From the IMG/VR virus record IMGVR_UViG_3300044641_005643: DNA of 64,000 nt; one strand, given 5' to 3'. The notes below the pieces were generated by a model that worked only from the letters and a program-made list of their open reading frames with translations, made no database searches and was not told the DNA's origin. This DNA comes from a virus. This document shows, piece by piece, positions 39,315 through 47,779 of the stretch. Position numbers and translations under genes: made by a program. Position 1 is the first letter of the stretch, and each line of letters opens with the position of its first letter.

Positions 39315-39602
39315 TTATGTGTAGTAGGTTTGTTGGATTTGATCCAACATCAAAGAAAACATGCTGGCTTCACCGGCCAGTTCAAAGGCTGCACAAGCAG
39401 TCATGGCAATAGATCCACGTTCGGTTGGATAGTAAATGTCTCCAATCCAGAAACGACCTTCAAAGTTTTCCCAGATCCAATCGGTGATTTGTTTGTAGCT
39501 GTTGCGCAATTCAAATTTGACCTGTACAAAGTGCGGCGGACAGCGAGACAGTTCTCGCAGTCCATGTACAGTTAAAGGATTGGCTTCGCCGTTACGTAAC
39601 AT
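39315..39602 (-). CDS. Hypothetical protein
   Basis: 95-aa ORF in the operon. Confidence 0.6.
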   Translation of the reverse strand: MLRNGEANPLTVHGLRELSRCPPHFVQVKFELRNSYKQITDWIWENFEGRFWIGDIYYPTERGSIAMTACAAFELAGEASMFSLMLDQIQQTYYT

Positions 39603-39879
39603 TCTTATTGCTCTCAGCGTCGTCGGTTACCACCAGGATCTTTTGTTGATCCGCACTCACACTACTGTCAGGGCGTACCATACGATCCTTCAAGAAATCG
39701 TTTGACTGATCAATCCAGGTGCTGAGAATTTCTCGTTGTCCAGTTACTTGTACAATTTCAGCTGCTCTAGTGATATCTTCGAGCGCATCTTCGGTCAATA
39801 ACAGTCGCTCTTGTAATTCATAGATTAGTTTTTTAATTTTTTTACTGGCTTTGATTTCATCAAATTTGACTGGTTCCAT
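39592..39879 (-). CDS. Hypothetical protein
   Basis: ATG at 39879 with AAGGA SD, within ORF 39592..39918. Confidence 0.55.
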   Translation of the reverse strand: MEPVKFDEIKASKKIKKLIYELQERLLLTEDALEDITRAAEIVQVTGQREILSTWIDQSNDFLKDRMVRPDSSVSADQQKILVVTDDAESNKNVT

Positions 39880-39889
39880 GAGCGTCCTT

Positions 39890-40108
39890 TTAAAGTTGTT
39901 GCTGCCAATTGAAACCAATATAGTATTCCATCAGTTTCTCCATGGCAGCTTTGTATTCACGATTGGCCACAAGATCTTGTTGTTTGTATTCGGGTAGTTC
40001 TTTTACAGACTCCAAGTTCTTAATATCCGAGCAAAGGGTTTTGTAATCTTGTAAAAGAATACTTTTTACAATACCATCAACTGCCTCTCCATTGAGTTCT
40101 ACAATCAT
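39890..40108 (-). CDS. Hypothetical protein
   Basis: ATG at 40108 coupled (TAATG) to the stop of the VWA gene. Confidence 0.55.
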   Translation of the reverse strand: MIVELNGEAVDGIVKSILLQDYKTLCSDIKNLESVKELPEYKQQDLVANREYKAAMEKLMEYYIGFNWQQQL

Positions 40109-41361
40109 TATCGTCCTTTCGCTGCTTCTTCGTAATGTGCCCAAATGCCCCAGGGTGGCTCACAACCAGGATTGCCTTTGATGATCCATACTGTTTCGCA
40201 GTAGTTCTCATCACCCCACGAATCACATGGCATGCCGTCTGTAAACATGATAAACTTCTTTGGCTCAATGTCCTCTTGCTTCATGAACTCCCAATTGACT
40301 TCGAAGTCGGTACCTCCGCCGCCCATGGGTTCGTAGTTCTCAATGTCTTCGATGTTGTCTGACGTGTAAGTCTTGACATTATAAACTTCTGTGTCAAAGC
40401 ACCACAAGGTGATCTTGTACTCGTCGAATGCCTCCATGATTCCGCGGATCTCTCCCAGGAACGCTTTGCTATCTTCTTCGTCAATGGATCCGGACTGGTC
40501 CATGGCAATACAGATGTCAATCATCTCTCCCGGCTTGAGACCAGGCAAGATAGCATCAATGTGCCAACCTCTACGGTTAGGACGATTGAATGTATAGTCG
40601 TTCTTGATTACACTGGTGATCTGTTGTTGTAGCAGTTCCTTCCAACCAATTACAGGTGCAGTAATGTCTTTGAGCAGTCGCTTGACACCTGCGGGCAAGT
40701 TGCCGGCACCTGCAGCCTGAGCCGCTGCGATCACAGCACCCTTGATCTCGTCGCGAATAGCTTGTGCTTCTTCTTTGCTCAATTTAGGCTTGCCGTTGCC
40801 TTCTTCATCATCACCGCCACCATCGCCATCTTCTTCAAGGTGATCATCAAGGATCATCTTCTCCAGTTGGCTGATGTCTATCTTGTCTGAATTTTCATAC
40901 AGGTAGTCATACACTTCTTCGTAACTCCAACCTTTAAACTTGGCATCAAACAAGATTGGCACTACACTGATCTTTTCACCGATCCGCTGTTCTACTAGAT
41001 CTTGATTAACACAGTAGTCGGCGGCAATGTTGCTCAGTCGCGGCATACGATCTCCGCGACGTCCCATGTGATCATAAACCGCATGCAGGATCTCGTGTCC
41101 GACAAGGAACTCGAGTTGTTTTAGCGGCATCTTGAACACAAACTCACTGTTGTAATAAAACTTGCGTCCGTCTGTGGCCGCGGTCGAACACCAAGTATCC
41201 GCATTGGTCAGCGTCATTCGAGTGGCCAATTGTCCAAAGAACGGAGCCTTTAACAGCAGGCCAATACGAGCAGTGGTCAGTTTTTCACGAGCCGCCGCAT
41301 CCGTTTTAGGATCAGTCACTGTGACTGCTTTTGCTTTGTCAATCGCTGTAGATTCTGCCAT
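40108..41361 (-). CDS. Predicted metallopeptidase with VWA-like domain (DUF2201-type)
   Basis: TAATDG, HEILH (HExxH), acidic linker, DQSGS (MIDAS), GGGTDF, FTDG. Confidence 0.85.
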   Translation of the reverse strand: MAESTAIDKAKAVTVTDPKTDAAAREKLTTARIGLLLKAPFFGQLATRMTLTNADTWCSTAATDGRKFYYNSEFVFKMPLKQLEFLVGHEILHAVYDHMGRRGDRMPRLSNIAADYCVNQDLVEQRIGEKISVVPILFDAKFKGWSYEEVYDYLYENSDKIDISQLEKMILDDHLEEDGDGGGDDEEGNGKPKLSKEEAQAIRDEIKGAVIAAAQAAGAGNLPAGVKRLLKDITAPVIGWKELLQQQITSVIKNDYTFNRPNRRGWHIDAILPGLKPGEMIDICIAMDQSGSIDEEDSKAFLGEIRGIMEAFDEYKITLWCFDTEVYNVKTYTSDNIEDIENYEPMGGGGTDFEVNWEFMKQEDIEPKKFIMFTDGMPCDSWGDENYCETVWIIKGNPGCEPPWGIWAHYEEAAKGR

Positions 41362-41384
41362 GGCCTCTCCTTAATTTGTAATAC

Positions 41385-41413
41385 ATTATAGCATGTTTTG
41401 GATTTATGGTCAA
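41385..41413 (-). promoter_or_regulatory. Sigma70-type early promoter
   Basis: TTGACC-17 nt-TATAAT with TGn extended -10. Confidence 0.75.
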
Positions 41414-41727
41414 TTCCATTTCAACAACACATGGCTCAGCATTTCGTCATCCTTGATGTATATGTAGTTATTGTTGGGAAACTGTCTATCTATGTGCCAA
41501 CACCAAGGCGGGTCAAACGATCCGTGGTCTTTGAATCCCAATGCCGTGGCACTGTAGTAATCTCGTTCGCAGCTGGGTCCGTACAGTTCGGTCATCCAGA
41601 CTCGCAATTGATGAAACTGTCTGAATCTGTCGTGTTGGCTGGTGTATCTATCTTGAAAATACACTCGAGTCTTCCAGAACAAAGATCCATTGTATCTGCC
41701 ATCCAGTTTTTCTATCTTTAGTGTCAT
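41410..41727 (-). CDS. Hypothetical protein
   Basis: 105-aa Trp/Tyr-rich ORF between the AAA and VWA genes. Confidence 0.55.
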   Translation of the reverse strand: MTLKIEKLDGRYNGSLFWKTRVYFQDRYTSQHDRFRQFHQLRVWMTELYGPSCERDYYSATALGFKDHGSFDPPWCWHIDRQFPNNNYIYIKDDEMLSHVLLKWN

Positions 41728-41731
41728 AACT

Positions 41732-41765
41732 AAAAGGAGGTCTTACGGACTAGGTCCAGCCTCCT
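41732..41765 (-). terminator. Putative intrinsic terminator after the AAA ATPase
   Basis: aggagg...cctcct stem with inner ggac/gtcc stem, followed by a short U run on the - strand. Confidence 0.4.
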
Positions 41766-41784
41766 GCCTCACACGCGATGAAAC

Positions 41785-42891
41785 TTATTTACTTGAACCA
41801 GCTGCGGCTAACACATACTTGCCGTAACGCTGATGGAACTCATCGAAGCTTGGCATCTTGCCCGGAACCATTGGCAGGTTGTATGTGGTTAGTGCAACTC
41901 GCGCACCCATAACAGTAACTTCGGTTGTAAAGTTATCCATCATGAATCGCAAGAAGTTGTCAGCCATCTTGTGAAACTCGGCAATCTTGTCCTTGCCATT
42001 TTTTGTGTAATAGTCTTGCAACTCATAACACATACTGGTGGTCAAGCTATACATGGCCGACACTTCTTTGGTCTTGAGTTCTTTGACTTTGCCTGCCAGG
42101 ATGTCTTCGGGTTTGGGCAACGAACCAGCCACTTTGCGGTGAGCCATAAACTTGTGTGCAATACCCTCGCCCACACAGCCTGCAATAAGGTCCGTGAGTT
42201 CTGAAGCACTGACACCTTCGTCGTGGCAGAATTCACTTGCAAAGGTCCAAGTACGCGGTGTAGCAAACGAACGACTGTTGCTACGCGGATCAAAGTCAAA
42301 CATGTCGCTCTTGGCAAAGCTCAAATAACCCACAACATCCGCATGGATCTTGTTCTTTACAGCCCAATTCTGCCATGACTCAAAGTCTGGACGGACCTCC
42401 AAATGCACAAAGCGGTTGGCCAGCGGACTAGGCATACGATATGTAACACCCTTGTCGCTATCTCTGTTACCCGCTGCCACCATTACTACATTGTCTGGCA
42501 AATGATACTTGCCGATGCGACGGTTCAGAATCAACTGATATGCTGCCGCTTGCACAGCCGGCGCCGCCGAGTTCATCTCGTCCAACAGCAATACCACAAT
42601 AGGATATTGTGCTGCAAGTTCTTCGTCAGGCAATTCAATAGGCGGTGCCCAATCCATCTTGCCGTTGTCTTTGTTAAAGAACGGTATGCCGCGAATGTCA
42701 GTGGGCTCCATTTGACTCAGTCGCAAGTCAATCATGTGGCCACCTAGTTCGTGCGTAATGTCGGCAACCACTTCACTCTTGCCAACGCCTGGTGGTCCCC
42801 AAAGGAACATGGGTCGTTTGTGTTTAAACGACCGAAGAATACGACTACGAGCCTCCTCGGGCGTAACCGTACGAGTTTCTGTAACAGCCAT
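41785..42891 (-). CDS. MoxR-like AAA+ ATPase
   Basis: GPPGVGKS Walker A, LLLDE Walker B, AAGNR, LANRF, TPRTW. Confidence 0.9.
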   Translation of the reverse strand: MAVTETRTVTPEEARSRILRSFKHKRPMFLWGPPGVGKSEVVADITHELGGHMIDLRLSQMEPTDIRGIPFFNKDNGKMDWAPPIELPDEELAAQYPIVVLLLDEMNSAAPAVQAAAYQLILNRRIGKYHLPDNVVMVAAGNRDSDKGVTYRMPSPLANRFVHLEVRPDFESWQNWAVKNKIHADVVGYLSFAKSDMFDFDPRSNSRSFATPRTWTFASEFCHDEGVSASELTDLIAGCVGEGIAHKFMAHRKVAGSLPKPEDILAGKVKELKTKEVSAMYSLTTSMCYELQDYYTKNGKDKIAEFHKMADNFLRFMMDNFTTEVTVMGARVALTTYNLPMVPGKMPSFDEFHQRYGKYVLAAAGSSK

Positions 42892-42923
42892 TAAGTTTCT
42901 CCCTTATCAACGTGTGAAGCATT

Positions 42924-42952
42924 ATTATAATGTATTACAGAATTAAGGTCTG
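42924..42952 (-). promoter_or_regulatory. Sigma70-type early promoter
   Basis: CAGACC-17 nt-TATAAT upstream of the AAA gene SD. Confidence 0.6.
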
Positions 42953-42974
42953 TAGCATTTCTGCCACAGACCCT
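42945..42974 (-). terminator. Stem-loop (13 bp including G-U pairs, GAAA tetraloop) after 42980..43375
   Basis: agggtctgtggca-GAAA-tgctacagacctt on the - strand; weak U-tract. Confidence 0.55.
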
Positions 42975-42979
42975 CATTG

Positions 42980-43375
42980 TTAGATGCCGTTCTTTTCGCG
43001 CCATGCATCAGCCTTGACTTTGGCGTCAGCCATCCAAGTGTCAAAGAACTTGGCAGCATCCATGCCTGCTTTGTACTCTTTGGGTACTCGCTTGGCTTTG
43101 ACTGCAACCACTTGAGTAGTCTTTGCAGCCTTAACCTTAACAGTAGCAGGCTTTGCAGCCTTGGCGGCACGAGCTGGCTTTGTAGCAGCGATGCCTTGAC
43201 CATTCAGCCACTCTACTGCTTCATCTTTGCCCATTGCAAACGGCAGTTGAAGCATGTTGATGTCTGTGCAACCAAACCGCTCAAGTGCTTTGGCACGATT
43301 GGCGTCGTTCGCAAACTTATAAACAACTGCGCCATTCTCCGTGCAAGTACCTGCAAAAGTAAAAGTCTTGCTCAT
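42980..43375 (-). CDS. Small basic protein with Ala/Lys/Pro-rich (histone-H1-like) segment
   Basis: AATKPARAAKAAKPATVKVKAAK; AGGAGG SD; own promoter and downstream hairpin. Confidence 0.7.
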   Translation of the reverse strand: MSKTFTFAGTCTENGAVVYKFANDANRAKALERFGCTDINMLQLPFAMGKDEAVEWLNGQGIAATKPARAAKAAKPATVKVKAAKTTQVVAVKAKRVPKEYKAGMDAAKFFDTWMADAKVKADAWREKNGI

Positions 43376-43407
43376 TTAAAGCCTCCTTGTTAATTGACAA
43401 CATCAAT

Positions 43408-43436
43408 AGTATAGCAAAATGGGCTATTATGGTCTA
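43408..43436 (-). promoter_or_regulatory. Sigma70-type early promoter
   Basis: TAGACC-17 nt-TATACT with TGn extension. Confidence 0.7.
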
Positions 43437-43452
43437 CCATTTTACAGTGTTG

Positions 43453-43668
43453 TTATTTTGCAACACAACGGTATTCTTGCTGATATTGCAACTGTGTGTC
43501 TATTACACGATTTACAACATCAATATATTGTTGCGAATATGTTAAGCTGGGTACAAAAAACGGTGTTGCATAAATGCTACGAATTGCATTTTCGCAACTT
43601 TTTTGTGTGTCATAAGTGCCCATGTAAGCGGGCGGGTTAATTGCTAGTGCTAGTAAAATAAATTTCAT
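43453..43668 (-). CDS. Hypothetical small protein with hydrophobic N-terminus, probably leaderless
   Basis: ATG at 43668 lies 6 nt downstream of the -10 box; MKFILLALAI start. Confidence 0.55.
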   Translation of the reverse strand: MKFILLALAINPPAYMGTYDTQKSCENAIRSIYATPFFVPSLTYSQQYIDVVNRVIDTQLQYQQEYRCVAK

Positions 43669-43674
43669 ACTCAA

Positions 43675-43703
43675 ACTATAACAAATTGCCCAATTATGGT
43701 CTA
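43675..43703 (-). promoter_or_regulatory. Sigma70-type early promoter
   Basis: TAGACC-17 nt-TATAGT with TGn extension. Confidence 0.65.
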
Positions 43704-44036
43704 GCGTTTTTTGTGTTGCTTTTTAGCAACAGTTTTGGGTGTTGCTAAAGGTGCAACTTTTGTTGCATTTTTCAAAATATGAAACATGTCTGTTGCTTTT
43801 TTAAAATTAAAATTTGGATGCTTGTACATATAATCAATTTTGCGTTCTAAAACTTGCAAAACTTCTAACAAATCCATTTTTGTTGTAAAATCGCTATCCA
43901 TTAATATTTTGTTAATATCGTGCTTGTCTAACATATACTCTACCCATTTTGTTGTAGCGGGTATTTTGTAATATTGTACTATTGCTTTTTTGTTATTGCT
44001 GGTTGCATATTTGTTAATGTAAGTACGTGCTAACAT
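43701..44036 (-). CDS. Hypothetical basic protein (early gene)
   Basis: ATG at 44036 with AGGAGG SD; Lys-rich. Confidence 0.65.
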   Translation of the reverse strand: MLARTYINKYATSNNKKAIVQYYKIPATTKWVEYMLDKHDINKILMDSDFTTKMDLLEVLQVLERKIDYMYKHPNFNFKKATDMFHILKNATKVAPLATPKTVAKKQHKKR

Positions 44037-44062
44037 ACAGCCTCCTTTTAACAAGACTGTAT

Positions 44063-44091
44063 ATTATATGCAAAACGTGAATTATGTGCAA
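44063..44091 (-). promoter_or_regulatory. Sigma70-type early promoter
   Basis: TTGCAC-17 nt-TATAAT. Confidence 0.65.
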
Positions 44092-44097
44092 CGGTTG

Positions 44098-44463
44098 TTA
44101 AAGTTGCAAGTTGTCCAAGTACTGTTGCAAATTGTCCGCATGTAATTTGAGCATTACAGTTTCTTGTTCGCCTAACAGTACCACAAGATCAAGTTTCTGT
44201 ATATAGTACGGACAAGTCATCAGGCGACCAAGTTGTATGAGCGTTCTATTTCGTAAAGGTTCGGACAGCACACATTCATACACAGGGATCCGAGTAAATT
44301 TACGAATAAACTGTATTCCGGATTTGCTTAACCTGAGTGTGTTTGGATCAGTATGATTCCACCACCAAACTTTTATATACTGCGAATATTCTGCAACATC
44401 CCGACCTGCGGCCCTAAGGATGCCGGCGGTGTAATCGTGCTGATTATGGGTAGATTTGGTCAC
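44098..44463 (-). CDS. Hypothetical protein
   Basis: 121-aa ORF. Confidence 0.6.
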   Translation of the reverse strand: MTKSTHNQHDYTAGILRAAGRDVAEYSQYIKVWWWNHTDPNTLRLSKSGIQFIRKFTRIPVYECVLSEPLRNRTLIQLGRLMTCPYYIQKLDLVVLLGEQETVMLKLHADNLQQYLDNLQL

Positions 44464-44731
44464 CTTGTTTCATTAGGACCACGGTGAATTTGTCGGTCTT
44501 GAACAGAGTGTTGAGTTTTTTTGCTAGATTGATAGCATGCCCGCTATTACTAAAACTTACCTTTTTGTATTTGGGACCAGGATAAGCTACCAACATGTTA
44601 GAGCTTTTAAGATTGATTGGTTTGTTGTCGTAGAATACTGCCCAAATTCCTTCGCTGCTGAGAACTTGATCGCTTTTGTAGTTAGATTTATTTACATGTT
44701 CTAACAATACTGTGGGTTTAGGTCTAGACAT
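44444..44731 (-). CDS. Conserved phage hypothetical protein
   Basis: 95-aa ORF (MSRPKP...YPGPKYKK..FSN.GHA.NLA); preceded by CATAAATA. Confidence 0.65.
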   Translation of the reverse strand: MSRPKPTVLLEHVNKSNYKSDQVLSSEGIWAVFYDNKPINLKSSNMLVAYPGPKYKKVSFSNSGHAINLAKKLNTLFKTDKFTVVLMKQGDQIYP

Positions 44732-44751
44732 ACTTGAGTTCCTTGACTATA

Positions 44752-44759
44752 TATTTATG
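44752..44759 (-). promoter_or_regulatory. Putative T4-type late promoter (CATAAATA)
   Basis: Intergenic, upstream of the AAGGA SD of 44731. Confidence 0.5.
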
Positions 44760-44780
44760 CTAAAATATGGGTAGTTTAAG

Positions 44781-44990
44781 TTAAAAACCGCCACCGTCAA
44801 GGCTTATGTTTGTGGGCTGCTCGGGTTCTCTAGTGTTTTGCATTTCTGCTAGATTGGCCAACAAATTAAATATGTCTGCATGCAGGTTCCTTGCTTCTTC
44901 TGCACTCAAACTCAATTGTTTGCTGCCAGTCTGATTCATGACCTTTACACGGTCATTAAAATTTTTAACTGCTAAACTTAATTTTTGCAT
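44781..44990 (-). CDS. Hypothetical protein
   Basis: 69-aa ORF ending LDGGGF. Confidence 0.55.
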   Translation of the reverse strand: MQKLSLAVKNFNDRVKVMNQTGSKQLSLSAEEARNLHADIFNLLANLAEMQNTREPEQPTNISLDGGGF

Positions 44991-45438
44991 GGTGTTCTTT
45001 CATGGCCTCTTTGGTTTCAAATGGCCCTTGGAATTGGTATCTACTCAATGTAATGTTCTTGGGACAATAGTGTTCGGACCAGGTACCGTTGAGTTTGATT
45101 AGGTAGTATCCGGCACAGAACAAACTTTTACTTTTTGCAGTCTTGCTATAAATGGGCAGGCGTCTTTGAACATCCCATACTTCATTGTAAAACTTGCCCG
45201 ACACAGGATAACCATAAACTGTTCGACCGTGTTCTTTTTTGGCCTTGTCCGCAGATCCGAACTTGATATTGTGTTTCTGTTTGAGGTTTTTTACACTGGC
45301 AAAAAATTCTCGTTGTTCGTCATGCACATACACGAACCCGCCATCAGCTCTGGCCTGGATGGTAGCAATCTTTTGGCCGCGATCTTCTACGACCCAAAAT
45401 TTATTTTTTATAACTGGTTTGGCTACTCGTTCGGTCAT
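44965..45438 (-). CDS. Hypothetical protein
   Basis: 157-aa ORF, coupled to the upstream gene. Confidence 0.6.
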   Translation of the reverse strand: MTERVAKPVIKNKFWVVEDRGQKIATIQARADGGFVYVHDEQREFFASVKNLKQKHNIKFGSADKAKKEHGRTVYGYPVSGKFYNEVWDVQRRLPIYSKTAKSKSLFCAGYYLIKLNGTWSEHYCPKNITLSRYQFQGPFETKEAMKEHHAKIKFSS

Positions 45439-45728
45439 GTTTTCGCCAGTGTATGATGAATCACAATCTTGCCTAACTCTTGTCCTAGATCTTTAGTGTC
45501 GTCGATCACATACATGTCGCCTTCGTTACCATAACCATTTGATACTCTAACAACATAGCCGCCGTGGGCAGTATGTACGTCAAATGATATTTTTTTATTT
45601 GGTAGTTTTTTATCTCCAGACCATGGGTTTAAATCAACTTGTGTGTAAATATCGCTCACAGTAAGCGGGCCTAGTGTGGCAGGCGAACTGCCGGCCATGT
45701 TCATTGTATAGGTAGTTGATGAACTCAT
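45435..45728 (-). CDS. Hypothetical protein
   Basis: 97-aa ORF; its C-terminal half (A.GG..V...Y.I.D..D...) resembles that of the adjacent 45725 gene. Confidence 0.55.
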   Translation of the reverse strand: MSSSTTYTMNMAGSSPATLGPLTVSDIYTQVDLNPWSGDKKLPNKKISFDVHTAHGGYVVRVSNGYGNEGDMYVIDDTKDLGQELGKIVIHHTLAKT

Positions 45729-46000
45729 AGTTTCATTTGCTCTAACATAATTGCATGTGCCACTTGTCTGGCAAAATCTTCATCGTCGTGAATCATGTAC
45801 AGTGTGCCTTCGGTACGATCGGTTTTGGGATTATAATTACGAGATTCGAGAATATGACCACCCACTGCTTGATACAAACAAAAGTTCATACCGTTTTGTG
45901 CAGGTGCCGATCTATCTCTTTCTACTACCGTGGCTCGACTCATTTTAATTTCGTCTTCCTCATCGAGCCAACGGCGTAATTTTCGTCGTAACCAGTTCAT
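45725..46000 (-). CDS. Hypothetical protein
   Basis: ATG at 46000 with GGAGG SD. Confidence 0.6.
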   Translation of the reverse strand: MNWLRRKLRRWLDEEDEIKMSRATVVERDRSAPAQNGMNFCLYQAVGGHILESRNYNPKTDRTEGTLYMIHDDEDFARQVAHAIMLEQMKL

Positions 46001-46341
46001 TGTTTTTCTTCCTCCATGCATAACACCTTCATGATTTCAAACTTGTCATTTAAATCTTTCAAGCCAGGGTGTCGATCCATTAGATCCTTGAGTTGTGCGT
46101 CTTGTTGCATTTTGTCACGTGCCCATTCTAATATTTTTGTTGTTTCTGTGGTCAAATTTATTGTGACAGTGTTGGCCAACACATGCCAAGTTAGACCATT
46201 ATAAACTTCTACTTCACCGTTGTTTGGATTGTATCTCAAATGACCGGCACTCAAAGCACCCGGACTGAATTGATGTTGCGCCGGTGAATAGGATTGATGT
46301 ATTGCAAAATAATCTTGGTTACTGTGAATATTTTTAATCAT
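45997..46341 (-). CDS. Hypothetical protein
   Basis: ATG at 46341 coupled to the stop of the upstream gene. Confidence 0.55.
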   Translation of the reverse strand: MIKNIHSNQDYFAIHQSYSPAQHQFSPGALSAGHLRYNPNNGEVEVYNGLTWHVLANTVTINLTTETTKILEWARDKMQQDAQLKDLMDRHPGLKDLNDKFEIMKVLCMEEEKQ

Positions 46342-46712
46342 ATGTAATCCGCAGTTAAAAATGTTACTGTAAATCCAATGATCAAGTAAATCATTGCATG
46401 TAAGAATTGATCCAGGCCAATCCACAACCAAAAGGCGTTTGAATCCACACTCAAACGCACAGTGGCTCTACGATGCATGTAGTCAAAGATATAATGCATT
46501 ACACTATCAAACACGGCAATTATTATGCAGGCCTGTATGTTTAAAAAGTGCATGAGTATCACATAGGTAAGAGCACCATGCAGTCCCGCATGTTGAAGGC
46601 CACCCAATCTACCCAGGTGACCTTTGTCCTTAATCATACGATCACTTTGCCAACAGAAGTCTGCTAGAAAGTGTTTAAAAAATAATAGAGCTAATACTAG
46701 CCAAGTTATCAT
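46338..46712 (-). CDS. DUF3307-like membrane protein
   Basis: HFLADF..Q, HA.LH, HY..D, LDQ..H pattern with hydrophobic helices. Confidence 0.7.
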   Translation of the reverse strand: MITWLVLALLFFKHFLADFCWQSDRMIKDKGHLGRLGGLQHAGLHGALTYVILMHFLNIQACIIIAVFDSVMHYIFDYMHRRATVRLSVDSNAFWLWIGLDQFLHAMIYLIIGFTVTFLTADYI

Positions 46713-47779
46713 CGGTTAACTAAATCTTCTTTTTTAAAAAATTTTAACTTTTTACTAGTAGCAAATATTTCGTTATTCGTTTTCACCTCTGGACAAAATT
46801 TGCATTGATCAATTGGCAACACCGAATTATCAAAAAACGCTTGCAATTCCTTGATACTCATATTTGAGTTTCCTGGGATATATGAATAAAAAAGTTTTCT
46901 ATCCTCGTCAGTTACATCTATACTGAATTGACTATCTAATGTAGCAAAATGGCCCACTGTGTTACACTTATAAATTTTTCCTTCATATACTTCCATACAT
47001 AATTTATGTTCGCAACTTTCGTGCGCTATAATAGGATTACTGTTATGCACTTTAATTTTACTTGGAAACTCGTCAAAAATCAAGGCTCCATTTTCGAAGT
47101 AGTTAATTTTTTTTGCCGTTATTGTTACATTGTTACTGTCAACAAATTTGTAACCTTGTAACTGATCTGCAAACTTATCCGGGGAAAAATTGAAAACTTC
47201 CTGACATTCCTTCTTAATGTAATCTGGCAAATTTTGCCAGTCATCAAAACTATTACAATTTGGCCAACTATCAGCTTTGATATTATTATAGGAGTTCTTC
47301 CAATTTGTGAAAAATGAATTTATATCTTCAAGATTATCCGGATATCTTGTTGTTTGCACCGGTGGCACTAACCACGACGTAGTTACATTATTAACAAATT
47401 CTTCAATAAAGTTTATATTATGTAAACTTACAGATAATGAGACTCGTCCGTTAGTAGAAGCTACTAAATCATACAATTTTTTATTACCAGGGACAATCGT
47501 TGAACCGTTAGTAATTATTTTACCAGTAGCATCCGGAAAGTATCTAATTAAACCCAATACCCAATCTTGATATGAAGGATTAAGAGTAGGCTCGCCTCCT
47601 TCTAATTGCCATTTTTTGAGATCTATTAGATCGGCATACTTTGCAATGATATACTCGTAATCTTTCCAGTATTGATGACCAGTAACATTTAAATTACTAA
47701 GAGTATAACAATCTGTACAATTTAAATTACAGTAATTTGTAATATTAAATACTAAGGTATCAATTTTTATTTTTAACAT
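46709..47779 (-). CDS. Radical SAM protein with C-terminal Cys cluster (low GC)
   Basis: CNLNCTDC, GGEP, TNG; C-terminal C...C...YKC...CKFC. Confidence 0.88.
   Translation of the reverse strand: MLKIKIDTLVFNITNYCNLNCTDCYTLSNLNVTGHQYWKDYEYIIAKYADLIDLKKWQLEGGEPTLNPSYQDWVLGLIRYFPDATGKIITNGSTIVPGNKKLYDLVASTNGRVSLSVSLHNINFIEEFVNNVTTSWLVPPVQTTRYPDNLEDINSFFTNWKNSYNNIKADSWPNCNSFDDWQNLPDYIKKECQEVFNFSPDKFADQLQGYKFVDSNNVTITAKKINYFENGALIFDEFPSKIKVHNSNPIIAHESCEHKLCMEVYEGKIYKCNTVGHFATLDSQFSIDVTDEDRKLFYSYIPGNSNMSIKELQAFFDNSVLPIDQCKFCPEVKTNNEIFATSKKLKFFKKEDLVNR

Noticed and set aside
41730-41790. Self-cleaving ribozyme or sRNA in the nested hairpin after the AAA gene
   Set aside because: No CUGAUGA/GAAA hammerhead core in the right arrangement; a terminator-like hairpin explains it.
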